A stretch of DNA of 64,000 nucleotides from a virus (IMGVR_UViG_3300033121_002344:3888-67887), one strand, 5' to 3'; counted from the first letter of the stretch, positions 36,283-45,690 are shown. Notes: generated by a model from the sequence alone, not told the origin. Numbers and translations: made by a program.

Positions 36283-37127
36283 CAGAGCTCGACGGGCTCG
36301 ACCGCGATGCTTCGGCGCGCCAGCGCTCGCTCAAGTCGTGGGAGCGGGTAGTCGTCCCGGGCGTTGTAGACGTACTGCTCGATACAGGTCTTGTCCTTCG
36401 AGACGGGCTGCCAGAGGACGCACCAGGCCGGGCGCGCCCGCAGCTTGTGGGTGTGGTCCTCGTTGTGCCACGGGTTGGCGGTCCAGATGACCCGACCCGT
36501 CGGTTCCAGCCGGCTCATCCACACCGAATCAACCCGGGTTGTTACCGCCTCCCGGCGCTCCTCGGTGAGGCTGTTCTCGCGCGAGACCGTGTCGTCGAAG
36601 ATCAGGAGGTCGGCTCGACCGCCGGTGCCGGCGCTCATCACCCCGTAGGCTTTGACGGTGGGGTCGACCGAGAAGCCGGGGCGCTCCAGGAGGATCTCGT
36701 GCTGCGTGAACTCCTCACCTTTGCGGCGCGTCGTCCGCTTGCCGGGCCGCACGTTGGGGAAGGTGGCCCGGTAGGCTGCGTTCTTCGAGATGAGCTCCGC
36801 CACCGCCTCGACCCGCTCGGAGGCGACGTCATCGACCGAGCTCACCACCTTCACCCGCAGCGAGGGGTCACGCCCGATCTCCCAGGCGATGCGGGCGATC
36901 AGGCCGATCGTCTTCCCGTGGTTGACGGGCGCGATGAAGGCCGGGTGGAGGCCGTGGCTCCAGCAGTATTCGAGGTGGACCTGCCAGGTGACGTGGAGGG
37001 GCGCCATGGCGAGCGGTCGATCGTCCTTGTCCCGCATGACGAACGGGAAGAAGCGATCGAAGCGCCCCCGGGCCTCCTCGGCCCGCATCGCGATCGCGTA
37101 CCGGGCCGCCGTGGCGAGACCGCTCAC
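36282..37127 (-). CDS. terL: Terminase large subunit, ATPase half
   Basis: APVNHGKT (Walker A), GTGGRADLLIFDD (Walker B), WTANPWHNED (motif III); ends at 281 aa; GGAGGAG SD. Confidence 0.85.
   Translation of the reverse strand: MSGLATAARYAIAMRAEEARGRFDRFFPFVMRDKDDRPLAMAPLHVTWQVHLEYCWSHGLHPAFIAPVNHGKTIGLIARIAWEIGRDPSLRVKVVSSVDDVASERVEAVAELISKNAAYRATFPNVRPGKRTTRRKGEEFTQHEILLERPGFSVDPTVKAYGVMSAGTGGRADLLIFDDTVSRENSLTEERREAVTTRVDSVWMSRLEPTGRVIWTANPWHNEDHTHKLRARPAWCVLWQPVSKDKTCIEQYVYNARDDYPLPRLERALARRSIAVEPVEL
36530..36541. repeat. Dispersed palindrome copy 7 (AAT-core-TTA)
   Basis: Exact core inside the TerL ATPase gene (encodes TTRVD). Confidence 0.95.
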
Positions 37128-37750
37128 GTCTCCTCCAGGTCCTTGATGCGTTGGACGGCCGCCCCGACCCCGGCCTGGAAGCTCGGGTCCTCGGAGACGA
37201 GCGCCGCCGAGAGGGCCTGCTCGACGCAGCGAGCGCGCTCCTTGCGTCGATCGTCGTCGACGGTACGCACTTGCGCCTCGACGGGTGCGTTGACGCGCTC
37301 GACGAGACGCTCCAACCGGGCCACCTCCGAGGTGCTCCCGACGAACATCGAACGCACGAGGTCGGCCGCGCGCGCTCGCTCCTGTCGCCGGACGTCCGCC
37401 TCCATGTAGCGGATGATGCCTCCGCGCTCCCAGAGGTCCAGGGCCGCCTGGAGATCGCGCTCGCGCAGTCGCAGCCGGCGGATCTCGACGGCGGCGAGCG
37501 TGTGCAGGCTCGGCCCGAACTCGTCCGAGTGGGTGCCCATCGAGACGAACCCGTGGTTGTCGAACAAGGTGTGGCGCTTCGCCTCCTCGCCGCAGTGGCA
37601 GACGTCGGAAGGCTTCGCGTCTTCGCGTTCGCCCTCCGCCTCGACGAGCTTGAGCGTCTCGTCGGGCATCGCGGGTCGGCAGCGCAGGTCGAGCTCTTGC
37701 GAGAGGACAGCGCGCTCGGTGTCGGTCGGCGGGAAGCCGGGAGAGCTCAT
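37124..37750 (-). CDS. Hypothetical protein
   Basis: 208 aa; CHCG...H..H motif; GATGAT box. Confidence 0.6.
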   Translation of the reverse strand: MSSPGFPPTDTERAVLSQELDLRCRPAMPDETLKLVEAEGEREDAKPSDVCHCGEEAKRHTLFDNHGFVSMGTHSDEFGPSLHTLAAVEIRRLRLRERDLQAALDLWERGGIIRYMEADVRRQERARAADLVRSMFVGSTSEVARLERLVERVNAPVEAQVRTVDDDRRKERARCVEQALSAALVSEDPSFQAGVGAAVQRIKDLEET

Positions 37751-38307
37751 GGCCCTATCATCGCGGAGCCGAGGGCCGTGAGGGACCAGGTCGCGGAGCG
37801 CGCGTCGGGTTTGTAGTCGATCACCCAACCGGCCCGTTTGAGGTGGCCGAGGAAGCGCGAGCCCGCCTGGACGGGCCACCGGTAGGCGCGTTCGGGGTCC
37901 TTGGCGCAGACCGCGAGGAAGAAGTCGTCCCCACGGCACCCGGGGTGCGCCGCGATCCACTGGAGGGCTCGGCGCTGCCAGTCGGTGAGGGCCTCGCGCG
38001 CCTGGCGCAGCTTCATCGCCTCGCGCCGCTCGACCTTCGCGACCTCCCGCTGCTCGTTCATCTCCTCCGGGGTCTCGGGCTCTTCGAGCCACGCCCGGTC
38101 GCCATCGGCCTTCACGACGAGCTCGGCGCCGCATTGGCAGGGCCGTGGGTCATCCTCCTCGTACCAGACCGGCTGACCGCTCTCGGCGTACTCGTCGAAG
38201 TCGATCGTCTGGCACTCCTCGCCGCACGATGGGCAGTGGAGCCGGATCGCGTACCCGAGCGAGAGCGCCCGCTTCTCCCTGGCGGTCAGGTGTCCTCGGT
38301 GGCTCAC
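37747..38307 (-). CDS. Zn-ribbon plus winged-helix-like hypothetical protein
   Basis: CPSC and CQCG; GTGA overlap. Confidence 0.55.
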   Translation of the reverse strand: MSHRGHLTAREKRALSLGYAIRLHCPSCGEECQTIDFDEYAESGQPVWYEEDDPRPCQCGAELVVKADGDRAWLEEPETPEEMNEQREVAKVERREAMKLRQAREALTDWQRRALQWIAAHPGCRGDDFFLAVCAKDPERAYRWPVQAGSRFLGHLKRAGWVIDYKPDARSATWSLTALGSAMIGP

Positions 38308-39113
38308 GCGACCACCCTGAGCGCTGCGCGCGTCTTCCAATAGGCCGAGACCGCCGAGCTCCACCCGTGGATCTTGATGACGATCGAGCGCCGCGGGTCG
38401 CGAAGCTCGTGCAGGCCGTCGCAGAGCCCACAGTCGACGCAATGGGTCCGGTGGCCCGCCTCCGCTGATGCCGGGCAGACGATCTCCCCCGGCTCGATGG
38501 GCTCGTCGGGGAGGCGGGTCCGGAAGGTCCGCCAGCCCGCCACCTCAGCCTCCACCCGCTCCTCGGGGCTGTCGACGCTCGCCATGAGGAGCGAGCGGAA
38601 GCGCTGATCGCAGGTCCGCCAGGCGTGCGTGTAGCCGAACCAGCCGGCGGAGCGCCCGACGAGCTCCTCCCAGACCTCGAAGGGGACGGCCGCCGGGTCC
38701 CCGAAGCTTCCGAGCCGGATCTTCCGGTCGCGGAAGGGGCCTCGCCCGAGCCGCCGCGGGGTGGCCTCGTCGAGCTCGACCAGGAAGGGGTAGATGGTGG
38801 CGTGCGGCCCGCGCTCCTCCGGCGGAAGCGAGTAGGCCTCCCAGATGTTGTGGACCATCCCAAGGTGGACGTAGCAGGCCCGCTGGGCGCCGTCCGGCCC
38901 CTGGGGGCGAAGCGCGCACGACCCGCAGTAGGAGGCGTCGGTGCCGTCGTGGTTGGCGTCGTACGGGTCTCGGTCGCGCCGGAGGATCCAGGTCTGGATC
39001 GCGTCGCCGGTCTTCCCGTTCGGGAGGCGAGTCGGTTCGAGGTTGGTGGCGAGGAGGACGAGGGGCTGGCCGTCGAAGCGCGAGGGCCCTTCCCAGACGA
39101 CGCAGCCGCTCAT
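38304..39113 (-). CDS. Cys-rich phage enzyme (gp88-like, putative Fe-S/radical-SAM-like)
   Basis: NGKTG, YCGSC...ACY, RLGSFGDP, GYTHAW, CPA...CVDCGLCDG. Confidence 0.55.
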   Translation of the reverse strand: MSGCVVWEGPSRFDGQPLVLLATNLEPTRLPNGKTGDAIQTWILRRDRDPYDANHDGTDASYCGSCALRPQGPDGAQRACYVHLGMVHNIWEAYSLPPEERGPHATIYPFLVELDEATPRRLGRGPFRDRKIRLGSFGDPAAVPFEVWEELVGRSAGWFGYTHAWRTCDQRFRSLLMASVDSPEERVEAEVAGWRTFRTRLPDEPIEPGEIVCPASAEAGHRTHCVDCGLCDGLHELRDPRRSIVIKIHGWSSAVSAYWKTRAALRVVA

Positions 39114-39358
39114 CGACCCGTCTCCTTCCGCAGCCGCTCGACCTCCGCGATGAGGGCGCGCGCCGCGTCGAAGCTCTGCAGCGGGAAGACCGGCTCGCCG
39201 ACGGGGTGCCCGTTCGGGCAGGGTCGCTCGGCGCAGACCGGGTCATCGCAGAGGCGGTCGTTGCAGGGAGCCTTGACCATCCCGGTCCCGCCGCACGGGC
39301 AGGCCGCGAGCTCGATGGAGCGCTTGAAGGCTTCGAGGTCGAGTGGGGTCCGACTCAT
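39110..39358 (-). CDS. Small Cys-rich protein
   Basis: CPCGGTG...C...C...CP; GAAGAT box. Confidence 0.55.
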   Translation of the reverse strand: MSRTPLDLEAFKRSIELAACPCGGTGMVKAPCNDRLCDDPVCAERPCPNGHPVGEPVFPLQSFDAARALIAEVERLRKETGR

Positions 39359-39368
39359 GCTCCGATCT

Positions 39369-39905
39369 TCACGCCGGCCAAGGTGTGAGGACGTCGAGGT
39401 CCTCGCCGTGCTGGAGCTCGTACCCCACCTCGTTGGCGAGGACCGGCCGCATCACCACGACCGCGGGATCGTCGTCGTGGTTGATCGGGAAGTCGGTCAG
39501 GTCGCCGAGCGCGGTGTGCTCCCCCGGATCTCTGAACCGCCAGCTGCCCTCGATCCCGTGGCGGGCCAGCTGATCTGCCGCCGGGCGCCGCACACCCCGG
39601 GCCTCGACCTGGAGGTGGTGCTCGGGCGCGTTGATCTGCTGGCGGAGCCTCTCGAAGAAGGCCTCGAAGACCCGGAAGCTCTCCAGCCGCTCGAACCGGA
39701 TCCGCACCGAGCGCCCGGGCAGCTGGTCGGTCAGGATGCCGTGGACCGACGGGTCCTCGTCCCCGATGGGGTGCGGCTCTTGGGTCTCCAGGAGGACGAG
39801 CTCGTTCGAGGTCTCGTGCCGCCCGTCCTCGGCCGAGAGCATCGTCGAGACCGTCCCGTGCCCGAAGGTGATGGTCAGTTGTTGGCCGTCCAGCTTGAAG
39901 CTCAT
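39369..39905 (-). CDS. Hypothetical protein
   Basis: 178 aa; GACGAT box. Confidence 0.6.
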   Translation of the reverse strand: MSFKLDGQQLTITFGHGTVSTMLSAEDGRHETSNELVLLETQEPHPIGDEDPSVHGILTDQLPGRSVRIRFERLESFRVFEAFFERLRQQINAPEHHLQVEARGVRRPAADQLARHGIEGSWRFRDPGEHTALGDLTDFPINHDDDPAVVVMRPVLANEVGYELQHGEDLDVLTPWPA

Positions 39906-39909
39906 GGGC

Positions 39910-40266
39910 CTATCGTCGCGCGCCGAACTCGAGCCGCAGCCCGAACATCGGCACCGGGAACACGTAGAGGATCCGCTTCCGCTGGTCCCAGAAGAGCCCC
40001 ACCCAGAAGTCGTACCAGGCGAACATCGGCACGACCCGCAGCACCACCGGCCGCCCGCTCGGCTGCTCGCCCAGCCGCCGACGGTAGTAGAGGGTCTCGA
40101 AGCCCGGCGCTGCGCACCGTTCCTCGGCAACCGTTCGCCCGACTTCGCTCGACCGCAGCCGTCCGTCCCAGTCGGCCTCGCAGTCAGCGAACCGCCACTG
40201 GTCGCCCCGGCAGATGGGCTCGTCCGCCTTCAAGAGCCGCCACCCTTCGCCCGCTTCGATCTCCAT
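39910..40266 (-). CDS. Hypothetical protein
   Basis: 118 aa; C-terminal FAWYDFWVGLFWD...YVFPVPMFGL. Confidence 0.6.
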   Translation of the reverse strand: MEIEAGEGWRLLKADEPICRGDQWRFADCEADWDGRLRSSEVGRTVAEERCAAPGFETLYYRRRLGEQPSGRPVVLRVVPMFAWYDFWVGLFWDQRKRILYVFPVPMFGLRLEFGARR

Positions 40267-40321
40267 AGCCCCTATCGTCACCGCTCGTGTCCCCCTGAAG
40301 ATCGGTGGGTAGGGGACGAAT

Positions 40322-40333
40322 CAACCCGGGTTG
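40322..40333. repeat. Dispersed palindrome copy 8 (AAT-core-CTT)
   Basis: Exact core 2 nt past the stop at 40336. Confidence 0.95.
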
Positions 40334-40335
40334 CT

Positions 40336-41079
40336 TCAGTGGACCGCCTGGCTGGCCGCCGTGAGCTCCAGGAGCTTCTGGGCACGCACCGTGAGGGCGC
40401 CCGACTTCAGGTCCTCGATGGCCTTCCAGACCTCGTCCTCGCTGCCCAGCGCCGCCACCGCCCGCTCGCTGTCGAAGGTCTGACCCTGGACGCCCAGGAT
40501 CGCCTCAGGCTCGCCGAGGCGCTTCCGTTCGAGCTCCATCGAGCGCCCGATGATGGTGGTGGCCGCCTGGCCGATCCACGCCAGCTTCCGGACCGTCGAG
40601 ATCGTCTCCCGGAGGCTCATCTGCTCGCCCTCGCCCTCTTGGAGGCGCGCGCTCAGCTTCTTGATGGTCGGCACCATCGCGCTACTGAGCTCGGAGGCGA
40701 TGCCGAGCAGCCCCATCCCGCTCTGCATGGCAGCGCGGACCGCCCGCGCCTCACGGGCCTTGTGGTCGAGGGCATCGCGCCGCGCCCGCGCCTCCTCTTC
40801 ACGCGCCGCCAGCGCATCGCGGGCCTTCTGGGCTTCCTCTTCCTGGAGGTGCGCGCGGACCTGCGCCTTCTCGTCCTCGAAGAGATCGCGCACCGAACGG
40901 TTCACCTGGGGCGCCCAGATGGGCCGCGTGATCTGTGGCCAGCCCTTCTCCCACACCTGTTTGACGACCCGGTAGTCGATCGAGAGCTTGCGGGAGACGG
41001 CCCTGACGTTTCCGTCCTCCTCGCGCAGCGCCTCTTTGATGGCGTTGAAGAGCTCTAGGGTGGGTTTTCGTCCAGCCAT
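40336..41079 (-). CDS. Probable terminase small subunit
   Basis: N-terminal HTH (GNVRAVSRKLSIDYRVVKQVW), coiled coil, MELERKRLGEP oligomerisation-like segment. Confidence 0.6.
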   Translation of the reverse strand: MAGRKPTLELFNAIKEALREEDGNVRAVSRKLSIDYRVVKQVWEKGWPQITRPIWAPQVNRSVRDLFEDEKAQVRAHLQEEEAQKARDALAAREEEARARRDALDHKAREARAVRAAMQSGMGLLGIASELSSAMVPTIKKLSARLQEGEGEQMSLRETISTVRKLAWIGQAATTIIGRSMELERKRLGEPEAILGVQGQTFDSERAVAALGSEDEVWKAIEDLKSGALTVRAQKLLELTAASQAVH

Positions 41080-41132
41080 GGCGAGCCCTGACGTTTCTCC
41101 GCGGAACGCGCCGAGGTCAAGTGGCCTGGTGG

Positions 41133-41372
41133 TCAGCGGGTCCAGCCAGGGTCATCGGATCGTCGAGAGGGCTGCTGGGCGCGGATGGCGTCGAGCTCCT
41201 GGAGGATGAGGTCGAGGTCTGCGCGAGCGCGGTCGTAGTCGGCCCACCGGGCTTGGATCATCGCCTGCCACATGCGGAGGACCGGGGAGGCCGTGTTCCA
41301 CAGCTGAAGGGGCCGGATGATGCGCGCCGCGGTCTTCCAGGTCTCGTCGGGGATGGCGAGGGTGAGCTTCAT
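41133..41372 (-). CDS. Hypothetical protein
   Basis: 79 aa; ATGA overlap. Confidence 0.5.
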   Translation of the reverse strand: MKLTLAIPDETWKTAARIIRPLQLWNTASPVLRMWQAMIQARWADYDRARADLDLILQELDAIRAQQPSRRSDDPGWTR

Positions 41373-42031
41373 GGGAGCTCCGGGCCGGGGTGCGGGATCC
41401 AGCAGAAGAGCCCCAGGCGGATCGGGTGTGGGCCGTCGTGCTTCTCGCTCCAGGGCCCGACCACGGTCCCGATGAACCCGCAGGAGAGCCGGGAGGCATG
41501 GAGCCGCCAGCTGCGGAGCCCGGGGTGGAAGGACCAGGCGAGGCGCGCGTACCCGCCTGGTGGGAAGGCCTCGTAGTAGTTGGAGGAGGCCTGGGCGAAC
41601 TCGGTCACGAAGGGCCGGTAGCCGTCCGGGGTCTGCTGGTAGACGGCCCGGGCGTTGCGGGCTGAGTAGAGGTCGCGGAGCAGCCGGGAGGCGGTCTCGG
41701 GGAGCGCGGGGTGGGCGAGGGCGCGCGCACAAGCGTTCGCTCGGGTGCGGGCGGGTTGGGCTGAGGCGAGGGGAGCCCGGGCGTGGCCACAGAAGAGCTC
41801 CGCGGACCAGCTGTAGCGAGGAATGGGGTGGCGGATGTGGGCCCGGGTCCGGCGAAGCGGGTCGTGGATGGTGATCGAGAGGGCGAGCGGCATCGCCCCT
41901 CGGACGTTCGGGCTGAGGATCCGGTAGCCGGTGATGCTGTCGGTGGGGTTGTACTCACCGGTCTCGTCCTGCCAGTGGTTGCGCCGCAGGCGCCAGGGCT
42001 CGGGAGAGGAGGGATCGAGGTCGAGCTTCAT
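41369..42031 (-). CDS. Hypothetical protein
   Basis: 220 aa; ATGA overlap. Confidence 0.55.
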   Translation of the reverse strand: MKLDLDPSSPEPWRLRRNHWQDETGEYNPTDSITGYRILSPNVRGAMPLALSITIHDPLRRTRAHIRHPIPRYSWSAELFCGHARAPLASAQPARTRANACARALAHPALPETASRLLRDLYSARNARAVYQQTPDGYRPFVTEFAQASSNYYEAFPPGGYARLAWSFHPGLRSWRLHASRLSCGFIGTVVGPWSEKHDGPHPIRLGLFCWIPHPGPELP

Positions 42032-42270
42032 CCCTCGCCCCCGAGCTCGGCCTCGTCGACGAGGGTCACGGTGGTCTCGACGTGGGCCGCGATGAGCCGG
42101 GCCGCCCGAAGGGCGTCGTCGAGGGGAATGGGCTCGTTGCCGTCGAACCAGATCCTGAAGACGAGGAAGGTGGTGTTGCTCATGGCGTCCTCGGGGGTGT
42201 CCCAGAAGGAGTGGGTGTGGAGGGTCTGGAGGCAGACGCCGGAGAGGGTGATGGCCCGGGGATCGGGCAT
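42028..42270 (-). CDS. Hypothetical protein
   Basis: About 80 aa; start uncertain. Confidence 0.45.
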   Translation of the reverse strand: MPDPRAITLSGVCLQTLHTHSFWDTPEDAMSNTTFLVFRIWFDGNEPIPLDDALRAARLIAAHVETTVTLVDEAELGGEG

Positions 42271-42283
42271 GGAGTCCCACCCG

Positions 42284-43138
42284 CTACCGGTCGCCATCGG
42301 GGTCCTCGTTGTGGCGCCGCACGAGGGCCCCCTGGCGGGCGATCGTGTGGAGGGCCTGGTAGGCCGGGGAGGGGCTGGGAGGCGCACCCGCGGGCTCCTG
42401 GGCGCATCGCCGGGCCTGGCGGTTGAAGATCTCCGCGGTCAGGTCCAGGTCCTCGCGCAGGAGGGCGACCGGCGGCGAGGAGGGACGGTCGCCGAGCGAG
42501 TAGGTCTCGATCGTCTCCTGGACCGCCCGTCGACGCTGGGCGAGCTCGGCGTCGGTCAGGTTGGCCAGCGGGCCCCCGAGATGGGCGCCGTCCGCAACCC
42601 GAGCGGCCGTCGAGGCCTTGAAGTACTCCTTGACCGCCAGGTGGAGGTCGCGCGTGAGCCGGGGAGAGGGGGGAGCCAGCTGGGCGTTGCGGCCCCAGCG
42701 GAGCGCCTGTTCGAGGAGCTCGGCGAGGGCCGTGGTCGGGTTGGGGCCGGGGTCGACCTCGACGACCCGAAGGGCCGCCAGGACCACCACGTAGAGGTGC
42801 TGCTCGTCGAGGACGAGATCGAGGTCGACCGGGAAGACGCCGTCGTCGAGCAACCGCCGCGTCACCCAGCGGGCCCGGACCTCGAGGGTGGGGAGGTCGA
42901 GGGGCGGTCGGACCTGGGGTGGACCGCCGGCCTCGACGAGCTCCCGGAAGGCATCGAGGGTGGCGTTGTTGCCGAGCAGGGCCGACCAGCGCTGGTGGGC
43001 GAGGGCGAGGTCTCGGCCGAACCGGCGGAAGATCAGGTACGCGAGGAGGGCGCTGTCGGAGCCGGGGAAGACTTCGCCGAGCGTGGTCTTGAGGTCGTGG
43101 AGCGCCAGGAAGGCGGAGCGGTTCGAGTGGGCCATCAA
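42284..43138 (-). CDS. Hypothetical protein
   Basis: 284 aa; coding-like codon use. Confidence 0.6.
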   Translation of the reverse strand: MMAHSNRSAFLALHDLKTTLGEVFPGSDSALLAYLIFRRFGRDLALAHQRWSALLGNNATLDAFRELVEAGGPPQVRPPLDLPTLEVRARWVTRRLLDDGVFPVDLDLVLDEQHLYVVVLAALRVVEVDPGPNPTTALAELLEQALRWGRNAQLAPPSPRLTRDLHLAVKEYFKASTAARVADGAHLGGPLANLTDAELAQRRRAVQETIETYSLGDRPSSPPVALLREDLDLTAEIFNRQARRCAQEPAGAPPSPSPAYQALHTIARQGALVRRHNEDPDGDR

Positions 43139-43147
43139 GCCCGATCT

Positions 43148-43504
43148 TCACTCCTGCCGGGCCCGCGCCTCCTCTTCGCGCTCGGCCCGGGCGCTGATCA
43201 GGTCCGCGTGCTCGACGAGGGAGCGGGCGAGCTCCCTGGCCTGGCCGGGCAGCATGCCGATCCAGGAGATCGGCTTCCCGAAGTTGAGGACCACGTAGTC
43301 GTGGTGGACCGCAACCCCCACCCGGATCTCGCCCTCGTCCTGGGGGTTGAGCTTGCCGTCCGGAAAGGCGCCCGTGGGGCCGAGGGCCGTCTCGTCGCCG
43401 GTCTCCCGGGCCGCGGGAAGGGGGCCGTTGCGGCGCAGCTGCTCCATCGTCTCGGCGAAGAGGGCCTGGATCTCGGGGGAAGGGGTCGTGCTGTGGTGTG
43501 CCAT
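43148..43504 (-). CDS. Conserved phage hypothetical protein
   Basis: LGPTGAFPDGKLNPQDEGEI...LNFGKPISWIGM. Confidence 0.65.
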   Translation of the reverse strand: MAHHSTTPSPEIQALFAETMEQLRRNGPLPAARETGDETALGPTGAFPDGKLNPQDEGEIRVGVAVHHDYVVLNFGKPISWIGMLPGQARELARSLVEHADLISARAEREEEARARQE

Positions 43505-43511
43505 GGACCGA

Positions 43512-43733
43512 TCATCGCTTCGGACGACCAGGAGGCGGGTCCTTGACCCCGTAGACGTGGTAGCCGGAGTCCGCCAGCACCCGAAGGAAGTCGCGGATCC
43601 ACGCCTTTCGCTCGGGTCGCTTCATGTGCCGCAGACCCTGCAGAAGATCGTGGGCCCGGGCGCGCTGCGCCTCCGCCTTCCGCCGCGCCTCCTCGGCCGC
43701 CACCACCTTCCCCAGCACATACTCGTCACCCAC
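43512..43733 (-). CDS. Hypothetical protein
   Basis: 73 aa; GTG overlaps the upstream gene. Confidence 0.5.
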   Translation of the reverse strand: MGDEYVLGKVVAAEEARRKAEAQRARAHDLLQGLRHMKRPERKAWIRDFLRVLADSGYHVYGVKDPPPGRPKR

Positions 43734-44049
43734 AGCTGTACCCCTTCTGGTGTCGTGGCTTGCAGACCTTCGCCGGCCCACCGCAGCAGGGACAGCGCCC
43801 GTCCTCGGTGATCGAGGCGCAGGCCGCACCACCCGGGCAGAGGCCCGTACACTTGCAGCGCTGAGCCTTCACGACGACCTGGTAGAGCTCCCGGTACCGG
43901 GCGATCGCCTCCTTCTGCCGCTCCGCCCACTCGTCGATGTGGTCGGAGTGCTCGGCCGCCCGCTCAGCCCGCCAGGCCGCCTGAAGGAGCGCGAAGGCCT
44001 CCGCCTCGTGAGGCTCGACCCGGTCGCGTAGCTGCTGCTTGACGCCCAT
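43726..44049 (-). CDS. Hypothetical protein with a Cys-rich C-terminus
   Basis: 107 aa; seven Cys in CKC...C...C...CPCC. Confidence 0.55.
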   Translation of the reverse strand: MGVKQQLRDRVEPHEAEAFALLQAAWRAERAAEHSDHIDEWAERQKEAIARYRELYQVVVKAQRCKCTGLCPGGAACASITEDGRCPCCGGPAKVCKPRHQKGYSCG

Positions 44050-44735
44050 CAGCGGCTCCGCCCGATCGTCGTCATGGCCTCGATCCGTCGCCGGTAGCGG
44101 AGCCCGGGAACGTCGGAGCGAACGGACACCTCGCGAAGAGTGATCCCCACCGAATCCTCGTCGGTCTCCGGCTTCCACGACGCGCCGCCGTCGAGCGACC
44201 ACTCGTCGCCCTCGCGGATCTCGTCGTCGAGCGCGAGCTCCTTCCACACGGGCTCGATGCGCGCCGCCTGGAGCAGGAGCTTCTCCAAGGTCTCGACGCT
44301 CATCACAACCGGGAGGCCCTTCACCATCGTGCTCGGGTTGTCGGTCCCGTCGCCCTGCCAGAACCAGACGTTGTCGGGCGAGGCCCGAACGAGGTCGAGC
44401 TCCGCCTGGATGGCGCGCTTCTCCTCTTGGAGGGCCAGGTAGCGGGCGGAGAGGTCGTCGAGCTTCTCCTGAGGAGAGAGGCCCTGGGGCTCGGGTTGGT
44501 GGCCGGGCATCCGCGACTCGCCGATCGCCTGCGCCGCGATCTCGGCCGCCCGCAGGAGGTCCTCGGACTCCTCGCCGCCCATCCAAGTCTCGGGGTCGAA
44601 GACGACCTCCACCCGGCCGCCTTCGAGGACCTGGCCGTTCTCATCGGTCTCGTCGGGGCCAAGCACCAAGAAGACCGCCGCCGCCGAGAGGGCGTCGAGA
44701 TCGACCGCCCGTCGGATCACCTTCACTTGCATCAC
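44049..44735 (-). CDS. Hypothetical protein
   Basis: 228 aa; GGAGG SD. Confidence 0.65.
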   Translation of the reverse strand: MMQVKVIRRAVDLDALSAAAVFLVLGPDETDENGQVLEGGRVEVVFDPETWMGGEESEDLLRAAEIAAQAIGESRMPGHQPEPQGLSPQEKLDDLSARYLALQEEKRAIQAELDLVRASPDNVWFWQGDGTDNPSTMVKGLPVVMSVETLEKLLLQAARIEPVWKELALDDEIREGDEWSLDGGASWKPETDEDSVGITLREVSVRSDVPGLRYRRRIEAMTTIGRSR

Positions 44736-45364
44736 CGACCTCCCTCTGAATCAACCCGGGTTGCTTGCTGGGCCCGGATCCGCTCTTCGACCGCCCGCGC
44801 CTTCGCGGCATGGCGCCGCCGAGCCCCACTGGGCCGGCGCTCCGGGGTCCGCGGGAAGCGGGCCGAGAGGCGAGGCCTGAGCAGGATGGGTGCCCGGAAG
44901 AAGGTGGTGAGGGGGACGACCGAATCCGCCACCTGCCGGTGCCAGTAGAGGAGGGTCGAGCGCGAGCCGTCGGTGCGACCCGAGAGGCGCCGCCCGACCT
45001 CGATCTGCCGATCGAGAAGGCCGAGGGTCCGGGTCAGGGCGTCGACCAGACCTTCGAGACCCAACAGCGAACGCTCCGCCTCCTTGACGTACTCGATCAC
45101 CCGCGCGAGCTCGGCCCGGTTGCCGACCCGCTCCTTCACCAGGACCTCGTAGATGAAGTCCTCCAGCAGGCAGGCCAGGTGCTGAACACGACGGTGGTGG
45201 GGCCGCATCAGGCGGTCCCGGTGGCGCTCGCCGGGGCCGGGGAAGTGGACGGCGCGCCGTCGGTACCAGAGCTTCTTCTCCAGCCGGCGCTTCCGCCGCC
45301 GGCCGTCCGCCTCGCCGACGGGTGGTTGGGGTCGAGCTCGGATCGCGTTGAGGTCGATGGGCAT
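44732..45364 (-). CDS. Hypothetical basic protein
   Basis: 210 aa; overlaps both neighbours. Confidence 0.5.
   Translation of the reverse strand: MPIDLNAIRARPQPPVGEADGRRRKRRLEKKLWYRRRAVHFPGPGERHRDRLMRPHHRRVQHLACLLEDFIYEVLVKERVGNRAELARVIEYVKEAERSLLGLEGLVDALTRTLGLLDRQIEVGRRLSGRTDGSRSTLLYWHRQVADSVVPLTTFFRAPILLRPRLSARFPRTPERRPSGARRRHAAKARAVEERIRAQQATRVDSEGGR
44752..44763. repeat. Dispersed palindrome copy 9 (AAT-core-CTT)
   Basis: Exact core in the 3' end of 44732-45364, next to the next gene's SD. Confidence 0.95.
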
Positions 45365-45690
45365 CAGCGGCTCCCGATGAAGAGGCGCGTCAGGGCCAGG
45401 CGGTCCGAGCGCGCGAAGTAGAGGGGTGGACGACGGGTGAGGGTGATGATCTCCTGCTCGATCAGCATCCGGCGGAAGGCGAGCTCGAAGTTGGTCCCGA
45501 GGACGTCGATGGCGTTCCGGTTCGCCGCCTCGACCGCGAGGTGCTGGAAGGTCCGGGGTCGCCCATCCGCAAGCCCCTCGAAGAGGGCATCACGCCAGCT
45601 GTCGATCGGCTGGCCGAGCATCGGGAGCGAACGACGGGCGTGTGGCGAGGGGTCGTCGGGGCCAGCGACCAAGTAGGGACTCGAGCTCAC
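45364..45690 (-). CDS. Hypothetical protein
   Basis: 108 aa; GAAGAT box. Confidence 0.55.
   Translation of the reverse strand: MSSSPYLVAGPDDPSPHARRSLPMLGQPIDSWRDALFEGLADGRPRTFQHLAVEAANRNAIDVLGTNFELAFRRMLIEQEIITLTRRPPLYFARSDRLALTRLFIGSR

Noticed and set aside
36282-36400. Atypical split intein joining the TerL halves (T-CIEQYVYN... tail of about 34 aa)
   Set aside because: The tail lacks the C-x3-D/G-T block A pattern, and the nuclease gene starts directly with terminase sequence, with no IntC or HN-C/S/T junction.
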